In this document: piece after piece, positions 61,321 to 64,000 of the stretch | Position numbering within the stretch: the stretch's first letter is position 1 | Layout of the letters: each line of letters begins with the position of its first letter | Source of the DNA: a virus | DNA: 64,000 nt | UHGV virus genome: UHGV-0209088 | Strand: one strand, 5' to 3' | The notes under the pieces: generated by a model | What the model was told of the DNA's origin: nothing | Database searches by the model: none | Seen by the model: the letters and a program-made list of their open reading frames with translations, nothing else | Made by a program: the position numbers and the translations under genes

Positions 61321-64000
61321 ATGGCTATTACTGACGAACGCACACCCCAATTTAACCTTCCGCTTCCCGTCAAAACTAACGCGCTGAAGGATGACGTTGA
61401 GCGTTTACGAGAAGGGCTTATCCTCCTCGATCAGCTGATCGTATCCGCAACCAAATTATCTTCGGAAGGTGGTTCTGAGTTTATTTTTGGCTTGGGGAAC
61501 ATAATCGGGACAACCAGCGAGATCCTGGCATCCACTAAAAATCCTCAAGCATACCAGACGAACGGGTTCTACGCGCAGAACGACGGTGGTGAAGGTGTCT
61601 GGAAATTCACCGGTAATACTGATGCGTCTAAGGCTGGAACCCACGCCATTACCAAGGGCATGGTCTATAACGCCAATGGTAATGAGTATGCGCTTGATAT
61701 CAGCTCCGGCAAAGTCAGCGTTCTGGCTAACGGTGCCAAAGCGTATACTTACGCGCAATGCGTCGACCAAACGACCGACAACTTTGTTTGCGTAGGTCAA
61801 GCCCATAATGGCATCACTTCGCTTCTGCCCCCAGCTGTCTCTACCTCGAACAACGTAGCGACCTATCAAGGTGGAAAGCGCCTTTCTATTACGTGCCCGT
61901 CAAACATCTGGCGTATCGGTAAGGAGCACATCAAGCTGGTATCCGGTGTTGACTACCGCTGGGATGGCGCTCGCTTCATGGTATACGCAGGCTTGTCGTA
62001 TACTTACGCCGCTACCGGGAAGAAACTGAACGGCGCGTGCCATGGGTACGACGAGATCAAGGAAAAATGGGAAGCCGTAGGTAGGCAGAGTTATTGGGGA
62101 TCGGTAAGCGCGCAGAACATCAATATTTACGGCGGCATCTTCTACGGTGATCACGCCATTAACAAGCAAGCTAATGATTGCTCTGCCGGTGTCGCTATCC
62201 TTGTGCTTAACCCTGAATACGTGAACCTATACGGAGTTTACACCCGCGGGTTCACTTGGGATGCTGTCGGTATTCCAGCTCAGCTGGCGGAAACCAACTA
62301 CAAAACCGTTTATGGGAACAAGTTTGACGATAACGAAAAAGACTATCGTTATGTCCTTGATTACATGGTTGAAGCAGGCGTAACCAGCCGCTTTGGCAAC
62401 TTCTATGGCTTCAACTGCACCAACTGCCAGTTCTCTGGTGGCCGCCGCGGTACTTACCGCAACGGTTCTGACTGGTCGCACTTCACTGGCGGCAAGATCA
62501 CCCAGGAACTCGCATGGCAAACTCCGGGTAACGTGTCTGGCGATGTCCCTCAGTACATTGGCGTCATCACTGGGACCGGCTTCCATTGTTCTGGGGCTTA
62601 TACATCTCCTGCTGCAGCGAAGGGGTATAACCCTTCAGAGAGCGTCTTCTATACCAGCGCAAGAAACCATGTGTTCACAGGTCTCTATACCGAATGGGCC
62701 TATAACCTGTTCACGATTTCAGCCTTTACATTTGTCGGTGCGGCATCTCGATTGCAGAGTCTGCATATCGACTGCGTAAGCACGTACAAAGATGATTTCA
62801 TGAACTACAATCAGGTCAAGTTTGAGCAAGGCTGCTTCGGGACCGTTGATGATGCTGGTAACTACATTTATCCAGCAGGATTCGCACATTTTGACCTACC
62901 GAACGGTGCTACTTGCTGGTCGTGGGGAACGCCGGTTCGTGATTTAGGGGCTTTCCGCCACGGAGGCTTCGATACCAAGTTTGGCCCGTACAATATGTAC
63001 ATGACTGCCGGAACTGACTGGGAGTCATGGCGCGACCGTCCGTATGCGAAAGAAATGTTTAACGCTTACGGTCTTCAGATCAACAGCGGCACCGTTTTCC
63101 TGCCGTGGCAGACGCCAGCTATCAAGTCCATGGCTTGTATCTGGATTAAAGACCTGACCGGTAATTTTGACCCACGAAATGTTGTGGCCTGGCAGACAGC
63201 AGCAAGCCAGGATGGTAGCAACAGCGACGAAGCGCTGTACAAATCGTTCGGCGAGAAGATGTTCGATTATGGCAACGGCTACAAGATGATCATGGTCGCT
63301 CAGAAACGCCTGAGCGCACATGACGGCCTTTATTCTTATGCCCGTAACCCGAACATCGTCATTACCGTTCCGCCTGAGACGCCAATCGTAATTAAAGCTG
63401 TTGAAGCCTATACTGGCGGTGTACCGATGTTCCCGAACGGTTGCGCCAACTACGAGCCTGAATCTCCATGCACCAGCGTCCTGAGCACTGTCTCTAACCA
63501 GGTAGGTCAGGACAGCAGCCTTGGCGGTGGATTGTTCGTAAACGGCGACGTAATTGCTCCGTGGGTTCATAAACGTCGCACTCAGACCGGGTATCGGATC
63601 ACTCCTAGCCTTACAGCGGGATATGGCGTGACCAAACGCATGGTAACTGGCGGCGTGACGCTTGAGAGTGCTTATAAAGTCGCTTTCAGCGCGACCATCG
63701 ACTCGGTGGATAGCACCAAAGGTCTGACTACAATAACTGTTCCGTCAGCTCAGCTGCCGTATGTTGCTGTTGGTATTCCGCTATATGTCACCGGTGGTTC
63801 AAGTACCAGCACGACGGGACAGGTTCATCTGCTGAAACGCTTGATGAATGCCGATGGAACTGCGACCGCAAAATATGTCGTAATGGGCGTCATTGGCGCC
63901 GCAGGCGATACGCTGACGATTGATCAGGCTCAGCTACCAGCTTACAGCTTCTATTCCGACTACAGCGTGAATACCCTGACTGCGACATCGGTCACGATCA
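61321..64000 (+). CDS. tailspike/receptor-binding protein, 3'-partial (runs off the window; no stop found)
   Basis: ATG at 61321 with a GAGGA Shine-Dalgarno; N-terminus TPQFNLPLPVKTNALKDDVERLREGL shares the LPLP anchor motif with the genes at 3756 and 4217; open frame of more than 890 codons with a Gly/Asn/Tyr/Thr-rich composition typical of beta-helical tailspikes; absent from the ORF track because it never terminates in the window. Confidence 0.6.
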   Translation, partial: MAITDERTPQFNLPLPVKTNALKDDVERLREGLILLDQLIVSATKLSSEGGSEFIFGLGNIIGTTSEILASTKNPQAYQTNGFYAQNDGGEGVWKFTGNTDASKAGTHAITKGMVYNANGNEYALDISSGKVSVLANGAKAYTYAQCVDQTTDNFVCVGQAHNGITSLLPPAVSTSNNVATYQGGKRLSITCPSNIWRIGKEHIKLVSGVDYRWDGARFMVYAGLSYTYAATGKKLNGACHGYDEIKEKWEAVGRQSYWGSVSAQNINIYGGIFYGDHAINKQANDCSAGVAILVLNPEYVNLYGVYTRGFTWDAVGIPAQLAETNYKTVYGNKFDDNEKDYRYVLDYMVEAGVTSRFGNFYGFNCTNCQFSGGRRGTYRNGSDWSHFTGGKITQELAWQTPGNVSGDVPQYIGVITGTGFHCSGAYTSPAAAKGYNPSESVFYTSARNHVFTGLYTEWAYNLFTISAFTFVGAASRLQSLHIDCVSTYKDDFMNYNQVKFEQGCFGTVDDAGNYIYPAGFAHFDLPNGATCWSWGTPVRDLGAFRHGGFDTKFGPYNMYMTAGTDWESWRDRPYAKEMFNAYGLQINSGTVFLPWQTPAIKSMACIWIKDLTGNFDPRNVVAWQTAASQDGSNSDEALYKSFGEKMFDYGNGYKMIMVAQKRLSAHDGLYSYARNPNIVITVPPETPIVIKAVEAYTGGVPMFPNGCANYEPESPCTSVLSTVSNQVGQDSSLGGGLFVNGDVIAPWVHKRRTQTGYRITPSLTAGYGVTKRMVTGGVTLESAYKVAFSATIDSVDSTKGLTTITVPSAQLPYVAVGIPLYVTGGSSTSTTGQVHLLKRLMNADGTATAKYVVMGVIGAAGDTLTIDQAQLPAYSFYSDYSVNTLTATSVTI

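Overview
High-GC (~58-60%) temperate enterobacterial phage or phage-plasmid segment, coding-dense and circularly permuted: the window starts inside one virion tail/baseplate gene block and ends inside another tailspike gene. Gene order from left to right: (1) tail/baseplate proteins and two receptor-binding proteins, one a fiber with a C-terminal S74-type intramolecular chaperone; (2) lysis cassette of holin-like protein, SLT endolysin and an Rz/Rz1-like spanin pair; (3) TraR/DksA-like zinc finger, a P4-type tyrosine integrase and a 44-nt tRNA-Gly(UCC) 3' half that looks like an attP core; (4) a leftward recombination operon with MmcB-like nuclease, RecD-like helicase, HU, AlpA-like HTH, a single-strand annealing protein, an SbcC-like ATPase and a PD-(D/E)XK exonuclease; (5) a rightward replication operon with SF2 helicase, SSB, DUF4406, VRR-NUC and a TOPRIM primase/helicase; (6) a long leftward operon of small proteins including MazG, an SPFH lipoprotein, a PAPS-reductase-like PP-loop enzyme and HTH proteins; (7) a 550-bp AT-rich region packed with GGAACTG/CAGTTCC iterons; (8) a rightward block carrying five DNA methyltransferases (Dam-type, ParB-fused amino-MTase, Dcm-type C5-MTase, a beta-class amino-MTase and a large MTase fusion), a lambda-type Ser/Thr phosphatase, a dCMP deaminase, a MazEF-like toxin-antitoxin pair and an AT-rich AraC moron. 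The most unusual locus is a 1355-aa ORF with internal repeats, a kinase-like motif set and a C-terminal R-S-ExE ADP-ribosyltransferase-like signature, followed by a 165-aa ORF and a NUDIX hydrolase. A composite non-coding cassette recurs across the element: GCTGAYGCTCTAA, then TAGGGCGCA-N2-TAGGGCGCA direct repeats, then the palindrome TTRCTCA-N4-TGAGYAA. No rRNA, intact tRNA or CRISPR array was seen. All calls rest on reading the sequence and the ORF track without tools; start codons and family assignments are approximate.
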